Below are positions 1-9,300 of a stretch of 64,000 bases of DNA, in pieces. The DNA lies in NCBI GenBank assembly GCA_012517065.1, contig JAAYVR010000194.1, forward strand, positions 1,438 through 65,437, in the 5' to 3' direction. The stretch is from Verrucomicrobiota bacterium. Its GTDB lineage: Bacteria > Verrucomicrobiota > Verrucomicrobiia > Limisphaerales > J093. The notes under the pieces are model-generated. The model saw only the letters and a list, made by a program, of their open reading frames with translations. It was not told the origin of the DNA and ran no database searches. Every line of letters starts with the position of its first letter. Within the stretch, counting starts at the first letter, position 1. Made by a program: the position numbers and the translations under genes.

Positions 1-975
1 AGCCGGGACGAATCCACCATCGGCGGCAACATCGCCACAAACGCGGGAGGGCCGCGTTGCCTCAAGTACGGCGTCACAAGAGACTATGTGCTCGGACTTG
101 AAGTTGTGCTTGCCGATGGGACGGTCGTCCGGCTCGGCAGCCGCACGCACAAGAACAAGACCGGTTTTGATCTTGCCCGGCTGTTCGTGGGGTCCGAGGG
201 CATGCTCGGAATCGTTACCGAGGCCACTCTCAAACTTATCCCGCGCCCGCCGTTTCGGGCGTGCCTTGCTGCGGGATTTAGAACTGCCCGGGACGCTGCA
301 CGCGCCATCGGGCGAATTTTCAGAGCCGGTTTTCTTCCTTGCGCGCTTGAAGTGGCCGACGCCTTCACACTCGAAGCAGCACGAAAACGAACCGGCAGCA
401 GGCGGCTTGCCGGATGCACCGCGCACTTGATAACTGAACTGGACGGCCAGGCGCAGTCCGTGAGAGCAGAACTGAAGGAGGTGGCGCGCGTGGTCCGAAG
501 TGTCCATCCAAAGTTCATCGAACAAGCTTTCGGCGCGACCGAGTGCGAAAAGATATGGCAGTTGCGCCGCGAGTTTTCATATGCCCTTCGCGATACAGGC
601 CTGACCAAGCTCAACGAAGACATCGCCGTGCCGCGCGGACGACTCGAAGACCTGTTCGCTTTTGCGGAGGAACTGCAACAAAAGCACGGCCTGCAGGTGG
701 CGTGTTTCGGCCACGCGGGCGACGGCAACATTCACGTGAACGTAATGGTCGATATGACCCAACCCAGGGCGAATGACCGCAGCAAGGCCGCTCTTGACGA
801 CCTGTTCGCGCAAGTTCTTGCATGGGGTGGCGTCATCACCGGTGAGCACGGCGTCGGCCTGGCCAAGAAACCGTGGTGGAACATGGCGGTTGCGCCCGAA
901 GTCCGCCAACTCCACCGCCGAATCAAGCGCGCCCTTGACCCACACGGTATTCTGAATCCCGGGAAATTCGTTTGA
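1..975 (+). CDS. FAD-linked oxidase, glycolate oxidase GlcD / D-lactate dehydrogenase family (5'-truncated by window edge)
   Basis: Frame is open from base 1 (STIGGNIATNAGGPRCLKYG). Contains GSEGMLGIVTE, GHAGDGNIH, GEHGVG and C-terminal DPHGILNPGK motifs. Confidence 0.9.
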   Translation, partial: SRDESTIGGNIATNAGGPRCLKYGVTRDYVLGLEVVLADGTVVRLGSRTHKNKTGFDLARLFVGSEGMLGIVTEATLKLIPRPPFRACLAAGFRTARDAARAIGRIFRAGFLPCALEVADAFTLEAARKRTGSRRLAGCTAHLITELDGQAQSVRAELKEVARVVRSVHPKFIEQAFGATECEKIWQLRREFSYALRDTGLTKLNEDIAVPRGRLEDLFAFAEELQQKHGLQVACFGHAGDGNIHVNVMVDMTQPRANDRSKAALDDLFAQVLAWGGVITGEHGVGLAKKPWWNMAVAPEVRQLHRRIKRALDPHGILNPGKFV

Positions 976-989
976 CCGGTTTTGACCAA

Positions 990-1991
990 ATGAACCCGCA
1001 GCCCAATGCAGACTCCCAGCCGGAATCGGCGCCGAACTGTGGCGGGCACGACGATCCTTGGGCGCGCGAGTTCATCGTTCATCTTGCAACAGATCGTGCA
1101 GCATCGCCGTTCACCCGGCGGAACTATTCACATGCCCTCGCCGATTTTGTCGCATGGTTCCGCCAGGAGCGGCAACAATCGCCTCAGTGGGACAAGCTCG
1201 AACGCGATGATTTCCGGGCTTACTTGCGTTATCTGGGGCGAAACAACATCGGGCGCGCCGCGGTTCATCTGCGGTTCAGCGCTCTGCGTTCGTTTTACAG
1301 GTTCCTTGTCCGACGCGGTTATGTGGCCGGTTCGCCGATCCGGAATCTCGCCCTTCCAAAACTCGGCAAACGTCTTCCTCAGTTCCTTAGCGCCGACCAG
1401 GTAGTTGCGCTGCTGCAAGCGCCAGCGCGGGAGCTGGAAGCCCTTCAAAAGCACGGCGAAGACTCGAAAGAAAACCGGGAAAAACAACTCGAACTTTTGC
1501 GCGACGCCGCCATCTTGGAAACACTTTACTCCTCGGGACTGCGCATTAGCGAGCTCTGCGGGCTCAAAGCCGATGACATCAACTGGAACGAGCAAATGTT
1601 GCGTGTCCGCGGAAAAGGCAAAAAGGAGCGGCATGTCCCAATAGGCACGCCTGCGCTCGAATCAGTCCGGCGGTATTGGCGCAAGCTCGGCTCTCCGCCC
1701 GTGGGCGAAATGCCGGCTTTCCTTGCCCGGTCAAGGTCGCTCGAACCGATCTCGCCGCGCATCGTTCAAATGAGGCTAAAGCACTATCTGACCGCTGCCG
1801 GGCTTGACCCGCGGATCACGCCCCACAAGCTGCGACACAGTTTCGCGACGCACATGTTAGACGCCGGAGCTGACCTGCGAAGCGTTCAGGAGTTGTTGGG
1901 GCATGCGCATCTTGCAACAACACAAGTCTATACTCACATGACAACCGAACGACTCAAACAGGTGTACCGAAAAGCTCATCCTCGCGCCTGA
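990..1991 (+). CDS. xerC: Tyrosine recombinase XerC-type (alternative TTG start at 972)
   Basis: Catalytic motifs GLRISE, RGKGKKER, HKLRHSFATH, LLGHAHLATTQVYTH and C-terminal AHPRA. Confidence 0.85.
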   Translation: MNPQPNADSQPESAPNCGGHDDPWAREFIVHLATDRAASPFTRRNYSHALADFVAWFRQERQQSPQWDKLERDDFRAYLRYLGRNNIGRAAVHLRFSALRSFYRFLVRRGYVAGSPIRNLALPKLGKRLPQFLSADQVVALLQAPARELEALQKHGEDSKENREKQLELLRDAAILETLYSSGLRISELCGLKADDINWNEQMLRVRGKGKKERHVPIGTPALESVRRYWRKLGSPPVGEMPAFLARSRSLEPISPRIVQMRLKHYLTAAGLDPRITPHKLRHSFATHMLDAGADLRSVQELLGHAHLATTQVYTHMTTERLKQVYRKAHPRA

Positions 1992-2056
1992 CCCGGAAAT
2001 CTCACCGCCTGACCGGCTCAAGACACTCAAAGCTTCATTCCGGTGCGGTTTCCGGG
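1992..2056. mobile_element. MITE-like element family A, copy 1 (65 bp)
   Basis: CCCGGAAATCTCACCG + 33 bp + CGGTGCGGTTTCCGGG; near reverse complement of 5531-5595. Confidence 0.75.
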
Positions 2057-2075
2057 CCGCTCCAAACAGAAACCT

Positions 2076-3398
2076 TCAACGACCTGATGTCTTGCGTGAG
2101 CCGGGCGAATCGTCCATGCTGGTCGTGCGATACTCATTGAGCCCCTGCTCGCTCATCCCTTTCCGGTTGATCGCACCCAGAAGATCCAACGCTTCGCCCA
2201 CAAGATACAAAGAACCCGTGATAAGCCGAAACGGTTCTGCGTCGGTCAGACGCAGTGCCTCGCTGAGAGAATGGCACACGTTGGTTGGAATTGTCGGATG
2301 CCGGCTGTTGCAATAAGCGCGTAGTTCTTCCGGCTGGGTTGTACGTGCGCTGGCAACAGGCACCAGACAAACCGACTTTGCCGACGGCAGCAACACGTCG
2401 CACATCGCGCGCCAATCTTTGTCACGCAAGATGCCCAATATGACGACCGGACGTTGTCCCGGATAGTACTGGCGCAAAGCGCGGTCCAACGCTTCCATTG
2501 CGCCCGGATTGTGTGCACCGTCCACGAGCGTTGTCCGGCCCGAGGGCGACCTGATTACCTGGAGCCGGCCAGCCCATTCCACCCGAGCCAAACCGTCCAC
2601 GATGTTCTGGTCAGAGACAGGTATCGTCCCCTGCAGAACCTGGACCGTCGCAAGAGCAACGGCAGCGTTTATGCGCTGGTGTGCGCCCATCAACGGCAAT
2701 TGTAATTTGTCCAGCGGCGAGCGCGTCGTGTCCCCGGGGCCAACCTCGGTCAGCGGGGATTCGGCCAGCTTTGCTGCAGCCCGGATGACATTGAGTGCTT
2801 CAGTCGCATCCGCGCCCGTGACCACGGGCACGGCGTGCTTGATGATGCCGGCTTTTTCAGCGGCGATTCGCGCGAGCGTGTTGCCCAAGTACTGCTGGTG
2901 ATCCATTTGCACATTGGTTATCACGCTCGCAAGCGGAGTGACGATGTTCGTCGCGTCAAGTCTGCCGCCAAGGCCGGTTTCCCAGACAACAAGATCGCAC
3001 TGTTTTTCGGCAAAGAATTGAAGCGCCATCACGGTTACCACCTCGAAAAACGTCGGCCGGTAATCGCGCGGGAAACGGTCCAACAACAAGCGCATTCCTT
3101 CAACCAGCCGAACCACGTCGTCGTCCGGAATAGGCTGTCTGTTGACCTGAATTCGCTCGCTGAACCTGACCAGATGCGGCGAGGTGAACAGTCCAACCCG
3201 CAGCCCGGCTGCGCGATAGATGCTTTCAAGCATTGCGCAAGTCGAGCCTTTGCCGTTTGTTCCGGCGACATGAATGAACCTGAGGCGGTGGTGCGGGTTG
3301 CCGACGAACTCAGCAAGACGCCGCGTGTTTTCCAAACCCAGCTTAACTCCGAAAAGCTGCAGATCGTATAAAAACTGAATCGCTTCGGCGTATGTCAT
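2076..3398 (-). CDS. folC: Folylpolyglutamate synthase / dihydrofolate synthase
   Basis: HVAGTNGKGST, FTSPHL, ETGLGGRLDATN, IAAEKAGIIK, DGAHN and GSLYLVGE motifs. Confidence 0.95.
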   Translation of the reverse strand: MTYAEAIQFLYDLQLFGVKLGLENTRRLAEFVGNPHHRLRFIHVAGTNGKGSTCAMLESIYRAAGLRVGLFTSPHLVRFSERIQVNRQPIPDDDVVRLVEGMRLLLDRFPRDYRPTFFEVVTVMALQFFAEKQCDLVVWETGLGGRLDATNIVTPLASVITNVQMDHQQYLGNTLARIAAEKAGIIKHAVPVVTGADATEALNVIRAAAKLAESPLTEVGPGDTTRSPLDKLQLPLMGAHQRINAAVALATVQVLQGTIPVSDQNIVDGLARVEWAGRLQVIRSPSGRTTLVDGAHNPGAMEALDRALRQYYPGQRPVVILGILRDKDWRAMCDVLLPSAKSVCLVPVASARTTQPEELRAYCNSRHPTIPTNVCHSLSEALRLTDAEPFRLITGSLYLVGEALDLLGAINRKGMSEQGLNEYRTTSMDDSPGSRKTSGR

Positions 3399-3654
3399 TT
3401 CGCATTCGACTGATGCCTCAAAGTGGCATCTGCCCCGCAGGTAATCACAGCATCACACTCTGTGTCAATGATCTCACATCGTGCTGTCCCCTGCCCCGTC
3501 TTCCGACTTCCGTCCCATGCCCCCGCATTTCACGTCCCAGATTCCATATCCTCATCGACCCGCCCTGATGCCTTGCTCGAAAGCCGGGTTCGACTCTGCC
3601 GTGCTGTGATTTTGTGCTTGAGGCTTTTGGGAACAACCGCACAGCATCAAGCCG

Positions 3655-5199
3655 ATGAAAGCATCTTTTGGTCCTCGCGATTCTGGCAGGTCTTGCATCA
3701 CTCGGAGACAATTTCTCGCCACTGGCAGCACATGCGCTGTTGTCGCCAGCGTTGTTCCTGCAGCCGTTTTGGGCCGTGGCGGCGACCTGTCCCCGAACAG
3801 CAGGTTGAACATTGCATTTGTGGGTGTGGGTTCGCAGGGGCTGCGAGTGATGATCGAGTTTCTGAAACAACCGGACGTACAGGGCGTCGCAGTGTGCGAT
3901 CCGGTGCGCAGCGCTGCCGATTATCCGCAGTGGGGCCAAAGCGAGTTTGCCAACGCCGTTCACAGGCTCTTGGGCGTCAGTTCGGGTTGGGAATGGCTGA
4001 GCCCGAATTCGCCAATGATCCAACTCACTCCGACGCAAAGCGTGCCTGCTGGTGTGGCTGGTCGTGAGCCGTGCCAGAAGATCGTGAACGCATGGAACGC
4101 GAAGCGCATCGGCACAACCAATTACCGGGGTTGTTCAGCATACGCCGATTATCGTGAACTTCTTGACAAGGAGCGAGACATCGACGCCGTTGTCGTAGGC
4201 ACTACCGATGTTCTTCATGCGCCCGTGGCAATCGCGGCGATGCTAAGGAAAAAGCACGTCTATTGCCAAAAACCGATGGCGCATTCGATCCACGCAGCAA
4301 GACGAATGGCCGAGCTGGCCACTGAAACCGGGGTCGCAACCCAGGTCGCCGTCGGCACGCAGGCAACTGAAGATACACGTCGATTGTGCGAATGGATCGC
4401 CGCAGGCGCCATAGGCAAAGTCCGCGAGGTCATCAACTGGTCGAACCGCCCGGTTTGGCCGCAAGGATTGCCAACCCCAAGCAAAGGCGAACCGGTCCCG
4501 GAAGGTTTGGACTGGGATCTGTGGCTGGGACCGGCACCAGAAAGACCCTACCACCACTGTTATTTGCCGTTCGTGTGGCGCGGCTGGTACGACTTTGGTT
4601 GCGGGGCCATCGGTGACATGGGATGTTACAGCATCGATATCATCTATCGGGCGCTAAAACTGAATCCGCCGGTCGCCGCACAAGGCAGTTCTTCTGAGCG
4701 GTTCCCCGACAGTTTCCCCAAGGCGTGCGCCATCCATCTCGAGTTCTCAGCGCGCGAAGACATGCCACCGGTGAAGTTGCATTGGTACGACGGCGGCCTT
4801 CTTCCAGAACGGCCCACGGGTTGGGAGGAAGACAGCCCTATGCCAGCCGAGGGAATGATGTTCATAGGCGACGATGGAATCCTGCATTGCGGGTTCACCG
4901 GCGGTCAGATGCGGCTCATTCCAAAAGCAAAGATGCAGAGTTTCAAAGAACCGCCAAAAACTCTGCCGCGATCGCCAGGCAACGAACGCGAGTGGCTCGA
5001 CGCCTGCAAAGGTGGAAAGAACCGGCCCGGAGCGGAGTTTGTCCACTCCGCTGCAGTAACGGAGGCTCTTTTGCTCGGGAACATTGCGGTTCGAACCGGT
5101 GAACGCGTCCGGTGGAATAGCAAGGCGATGAAACTCACCGGTTCTGAAGCGGCCCAAGCGCTGGTGCACCCGCCAGCCAGATCAGGCTGGTTACTTTGA
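3655..5199 (+). CDS. Gfo/Idh/MocA family oxidoreductase with Tat signal
   Basis: TRRQFL twin-arginine motif, VGVGSQG Rossmann motif, YCQKP, DWDLWLGPAP, GDMGCY. Confidence 0.9.
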   Translation: MKASFGPRDSGRSCITRRQFLATGSTCAVVASVVPAAVLGRGGDLSPNSRLNIAFVGVGSQGLRVMIEFLKQPDVQGVAVCDPVRSAADYPQWGQSEFANAVHRLLGVSSGWEWLSPNSPMIQLTPTQSVPAGVAGREPCQKIVNAWNAKRIGTTNYRGCSAYADYRELLDKERDIDAVVVGTTDVLHAPVAIAAMLRKKHVYCQKPMAHSIHAARRMAELATETGVATQVAVGTQATEDTRRLCEWIAAGAIGKVREVINWSNRPVWPQGLPTPSKGEPVPEGLDWDLWLGPAPERPYHHCYLPFVWRGWYDFGCGAIGDMGCYSIDIIYRALKLNPPVAAQGSSSERFPDSFPKACAIHLEFSAREDMPPVKLHWYDGGLLPERPTGWEEDSPMPAEGMMFIGDDGILHCGFTGGQMRLIPKAKMQSFKEPPKTLPRSPGNEREWLDACKGGKNRPGAEFVHSAAVTEALLLGNIAVRTGERVRWNSKAMKLTGSEAAQALVHPPARSGWLL

Positions 5200-5462
5200 T
5201 CCCAAGGCCATAAGCTTGGGAAGAATCCACCTCAGACCAGCTAGGCACACTGTGCCATCAATACCGGACGGACTTTGCCAGCGCTCCTCCCTCGGTCCGC
5301 CTCGCTAAAACGTGGCTGCTGGCCGCGTGAACCAATTCAATCCCACAGAGCTAATCCAGTTGGCGCAGACCTTCTTCCACGACCACTTCCAGAGATGTCC
5401 AGGGTTGCTCCAAATGACGCACCGCTCTTAATGCCAGCATCGCGGTCAAGGCGTGAGCTTAG

Positions 5463-5529
5463 CCCGCATATTTCATACCCTGAGCAGTCTGCGAAACGGG
5501 TGTCTTCAAGCAACCAAGGAATATGCGGG
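5463..5529. mobile_element. Short MITE-like element with family B ends
   Basis: 10-bp terminal inverted repeat CCCGCATATT / AATATGCGGG, preceded by TTAG; same end as 59492. Confidence 0.6.
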
Positions 5530-5530
5530 C

Positions 5531-5595
5531 CCCGGAAATCTCACCGGAATGAAGCTTTGGGTGTCTTGGACTGGTCAAGCGGTGAGATTTCCGGG
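5531..5595. mobile_element. MITE-like element family A, copy 2 (65 bp)
   Basis: Perfect 16-bp TIR CCCGGAAATCTCACCG / CGGTGAGATTTCCGGG around 33 bp, followed by TTAG. Confidence 0.8.
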
Positions 5596-5915
5596 TTAGG
5601 TGTTATCCCCGGTGCACACAAACCAGGGGCGCCATTACAAGTGCCTGGTGAGATTGTCCAAAAACAGTCGGTCCTTGGGCGGCGCGCGCCGGGCCAGCCA
5701 CGAACACCATTCTATCAGGGCATGACGGTTTCCGAGCCAGGGGCCGTTTAGATACAGATCGTTTTCGGAGAAAGCACTCTGCTAATTAGTCCAGCGGTTG
5801 GAACCCGTATTCAGTTTTTCAGGATGAAACGCATTGAGGGAACTGGTAGCGGAATAAGACAGGTCTTGATTTTTCTGGAGTCTAACCGGCGGTGCAATAA
5901 AAGATTCCTGTTGAA

Positions 5916-6332
5916 ATGAATTTGGCTGAGATTATTGGTCGTCTTTGCCATGGCACATTGCAAGCGTACCAAGCAAGGCCGTCATTGCTTGGTGAGCACT
6001 ACGGTATTGAGCAAGTGGTACTCGCGGGCGGCTACGGGTATCGGCAGGTAATGGAGCTTGTCCAAAACGGTGCGGATGCCGTTTTGGAGGCGTGCGAGCA
6101 GGGCGACGCGCCAAAGGGTGGGAATCGTGTTCAGGTGATCCTTCGGAACTCACGGCTCTATGTTGCCAACACGGGCGCTCCGTTGAGTGAGGAAGGTCTA
6201 GACGCCTTGCTAAGTTCCCATTCTTCGCCGAAGCGCGGCAATCAGATCGGGCGATTTGGACTTGGCTTCAAGTCGTTGTTGCGGTTGGGTGGACGCATCG
6301 ACTTTTTCACCCGTTCGTCTGGCGCTGTTTGA
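5916..6332 (+). CDS. Sacsin-like GHKL ATPase N-terminal fragment (5' part of a gene interrupted by in-frame TGA at 6330-6332)
   Basis: ELVQNGADA (N box), VANTGAPL, GRFGLGFKS (G2 box). Same frame as the 6360 ORF with no other stop in between. Confidence 0.8.
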   Translation: MNLAEIIGRLCHGTLQAYQARPSLLGEHYGIEQVVLAGGYGYRQVMELVQNGADAVLEACEQGDAPKGGNRVQVILRNSRLYVANTGAPLSEEGLDALLSSHSSPKRGNQIGRFGLGFKSLLRLGGRIDFFTRSSGAV

Positions 6333-6359
6333 TTTGACCCCGAGCGGTGTCGGCGTGAA

Positions 6360-9300
6360 TTGCAGAAGAAGTTTGGAGTGGCTGAAGCACCGGGGCTGAG
6401 GTTGGCCTGGCCGATCGGAGAATCGGAGCGGGTGGCTGATCCGGTCCTCGCGGGTCTGGCTTGGGCCGAGACTGTTGTGCGTGCCGAAGTCAAGACAGCC
6501 GAACTGAAAGCGCACCTGCGAAAAGAGATCAGCTCGTTCCCGGCGGAGTTTCTGCTCTTCTTGCCGGTATCCATGATTCTTGAGTTGGATGATGGGACTA
6601 AGCCGCAACGAGTACTGCGAGCTGATCCTGACGGCAAAGAGATCATTCTTCGCGCCGGAACGGAACAGTCACGCTGGCGAGTAATATTCCGCGAAGTTAA
6701 AATTAAGGACGGACGCGCTCGCGCCGATGCAACTCATATTCATGCCCGCGACAAAGTTCCGCTGGCGTGGGCCATACCTTCGGAGGGAAAACGCGATGAA
6801 TCCGGGCGTTTCTGGGCTTTCTTCCCAACGCACACGGCGACTTACCTGCCGGGGATTCTGAACGCCCCTTGGAAGCTAAACAGTGACCGCAACGCGATCG
6901 TGGGTGGAGAATGGAACACAGCCCTGATGCGTGAAGCAGCGCGACTTATCGTCAAAACGTTGCCGGAACTTTCCACATCAGACGACCCCGGACGCCTGTT
7001 GGACGCCTTCCCGCGCCAGCTTGAGCGGAAGGACGAGGACGCTACTCCATTGGTTGAGGCGATTTGGGAGGCCTTGGAGTCCGCTGCTGTTTTGCCCGAT
7101 GCAAATGGGAAGTTGCGGCCGGCACGCAAGTTGTGCCGGTATCCCCGTGATAACGCAAATCTTGCACGGCACTGGCAAGCGCTTGCTGATGATGCTGAGC
7201 GCGCCAAGTTGGTTCATCCGTCTTGCATGGATCGACAGCGTGCGAGTCGCCTGAACGCACTCGCAGAACGCCTGAGTGCGGAAGAAACCGATGCAGAGTC
7301 GGTTCGTACGCCAACATGGGTATATTCTGCCGCGTGGATAAATCAGGAAGAACCGATAGAGAAAAAGCGTGGTAAGCTAAGAAGATGCAACACAACTGAC
7401 TGGTTTGCAGCGGTGGCCACTGCTAGTACCAAGCGGGCACTTGAGGTGCTAAAACTTGCCAAGGCTTTCGCGAAAGATTGCAAGACAGATGAATGGGACA
7501 GAGTCCGAGACACACTTGCGATCATCCCTGCTCACAACAATGGCCTTTTGACCGCTGAGAAGTTGGTGTTCGCCGCTCCGGGGATTCGTGTGCCGGATGG
7601 TCGGCATCCTGTGGCGCGGGCACTGTCCGAGAATGCGGAGGCGAAGCGGATTCTGACGGAGGTAATGGAGGTCAAACCGCTGGACGACAGCGTCTGGGAA
7701 ACAGTCCTCGATGAGGCCTTTCCAAGGCAGTACCCTTGGGAATCCCCATCGGATGAAAAATGGCGGGCTTTTTGGAGTCTGCTGCGCTCAGCGCCCGAGA
7801 AAGCGCAGAGTGGCTTTGCCAGCCGGAACGCAACTCGCATTCGCGTTCGGCGGCGTGATGGGCAGTGGGTTTCGCCCAGTCAAGTGCTGCTTCCCGGTAA
7901 ACTGGTCAGTGCAGATGACAACTCGGCGAACAAGAATGTGTTGGTTGATCCAACAATGCACGGCAAAGACACGGAACTGCTGAAAGCCATTGGTGCAACC
8001 GATTCTCCCGACGGCACAGTTGATGTACATGATTTTTCAGAATTGGATGATTGGCTTCGGCACTGGCGCTCGCACTACAGCCAGCACGTTAACGGTCGGG
8101 CACGCTGGGAATACTTGGAGCCGTCGTGGTTGAAGCTGCCAAATGGCTGGCGTTTTCTCCCCATACTAAGCGACGCACCGAACGCAGAGCTTTCAGCACG
8201 ATTCCTTGAACAGCTTGGCCGGGGCGAATTTCCAGCGACGGTGAAGTTCGGGCACTCAACCGTTCAAAGCTATCCCGATATTGACGTTCCGCATCCGCTG
8301 CCGTGGTTCGTACTCAAGCATGGGTTGGCGCAAGTGGGCAACGAAACGGTCCGCCTTGCGGCCGTCGTCGCTCGCCGTCACGAGCCTGCATTGACCAAAC
8401 TGCCTTGCTGGGATCGCCTCAACCCTACGCTTGAGCGACTCCAAGGCGCACAGCCTCCGGTGCAGGCAACGCCGGCCGAGATTCGGGCGCTCTGGCACGC
8501 GCTGATCAAGCTGCTGGCGACGCCGGAAGCCCTCGCTGACGATTCGTTGCGAGAGCTCTGGGCCGGTGCGGCGAAGGACGACGTTGTTCCCGACGCGCTG
8601 CCCGGCCAATCAAGGAAGATTCCTCTGTCCCAAGTCTTCGTGACCGAATCGCCTGACCTTGCTCGTCGCGCGCGCACGAACGGCCGCACCGTAGTGACGC
8701 TCGACGATCATGCCCTCCAATTGTGGCTGAAGAAGGGTGCGCAGGATCTGGCGAGCCTGATGTCTCCACACTGGACGGAGCAGACCGGCCCGGAAGCACT
8801 GCTGGTTTCAATCGTGCCGGAGCTTGCCGAGGTCATGCAAACGGAGGTCAAGAAAACCGCACGCTGCCAGCCGGTCGCAGGCTTGAAGCTAAACGTCGCC
8901 GGCCAATCCGAGCCTGTTCCCTGCCTTATGTGGGGAAACAGCCTGTTGCTCGATTCGGTGCAACTGGCTGCGCGGGCACGCGCTGATCGTCTCAAATGCC
9001 TGTTGGGCGAGATTGCACCGGCCGGATGGCTGAAATATGAACCGGAAGAAGCATTGCGCATTCTTGGAGACGCGCAGGTTGATGCGCTCCGCGCGAAAGT
9101 GGTCCGAGGCAAGACCCTGGCGAAGCGACTGCTTCTCGCCGTTGGTAACAGGTCTGAGCCGCTCAGGCAGGCCCTCGGCACACTAGCTGACATGGATTTC
9201 ATTAAACGGTGTTCGGCGCTTGGACTTGCCGAATTGATCCTTGCGCAACTTGGACCAGCCACACTCGTGACCCTGAGAGAGGCATTGGAAGCAGAAGGAT

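Noticed and set aside
990..1991. Tyrosine recombinase as the integrase of the defence island or an integron
   Set aside because: It looks like chromosomal XerC, shows no IntI-specific insertion, and is separated from the island by folC and an oxidoreductase.
3560..3610. tRNA-like GGGTTCGACTC
   Set aside because: No acceptor stem or cloverleaf can be built around it.
5275..5751. 158-aa ORF upstream of the island
   Set aside because: Runs through two MITEs; no motifs; composition is not protein-like.
6330..6356. Selenocysteine or alternative-code reading of the in-frame TGA
   Set aside because: Only a 4-bp stem (CCGA/TCGG) follows, the context is not a redox Cys motif, and TGA terminates many genes in the window.
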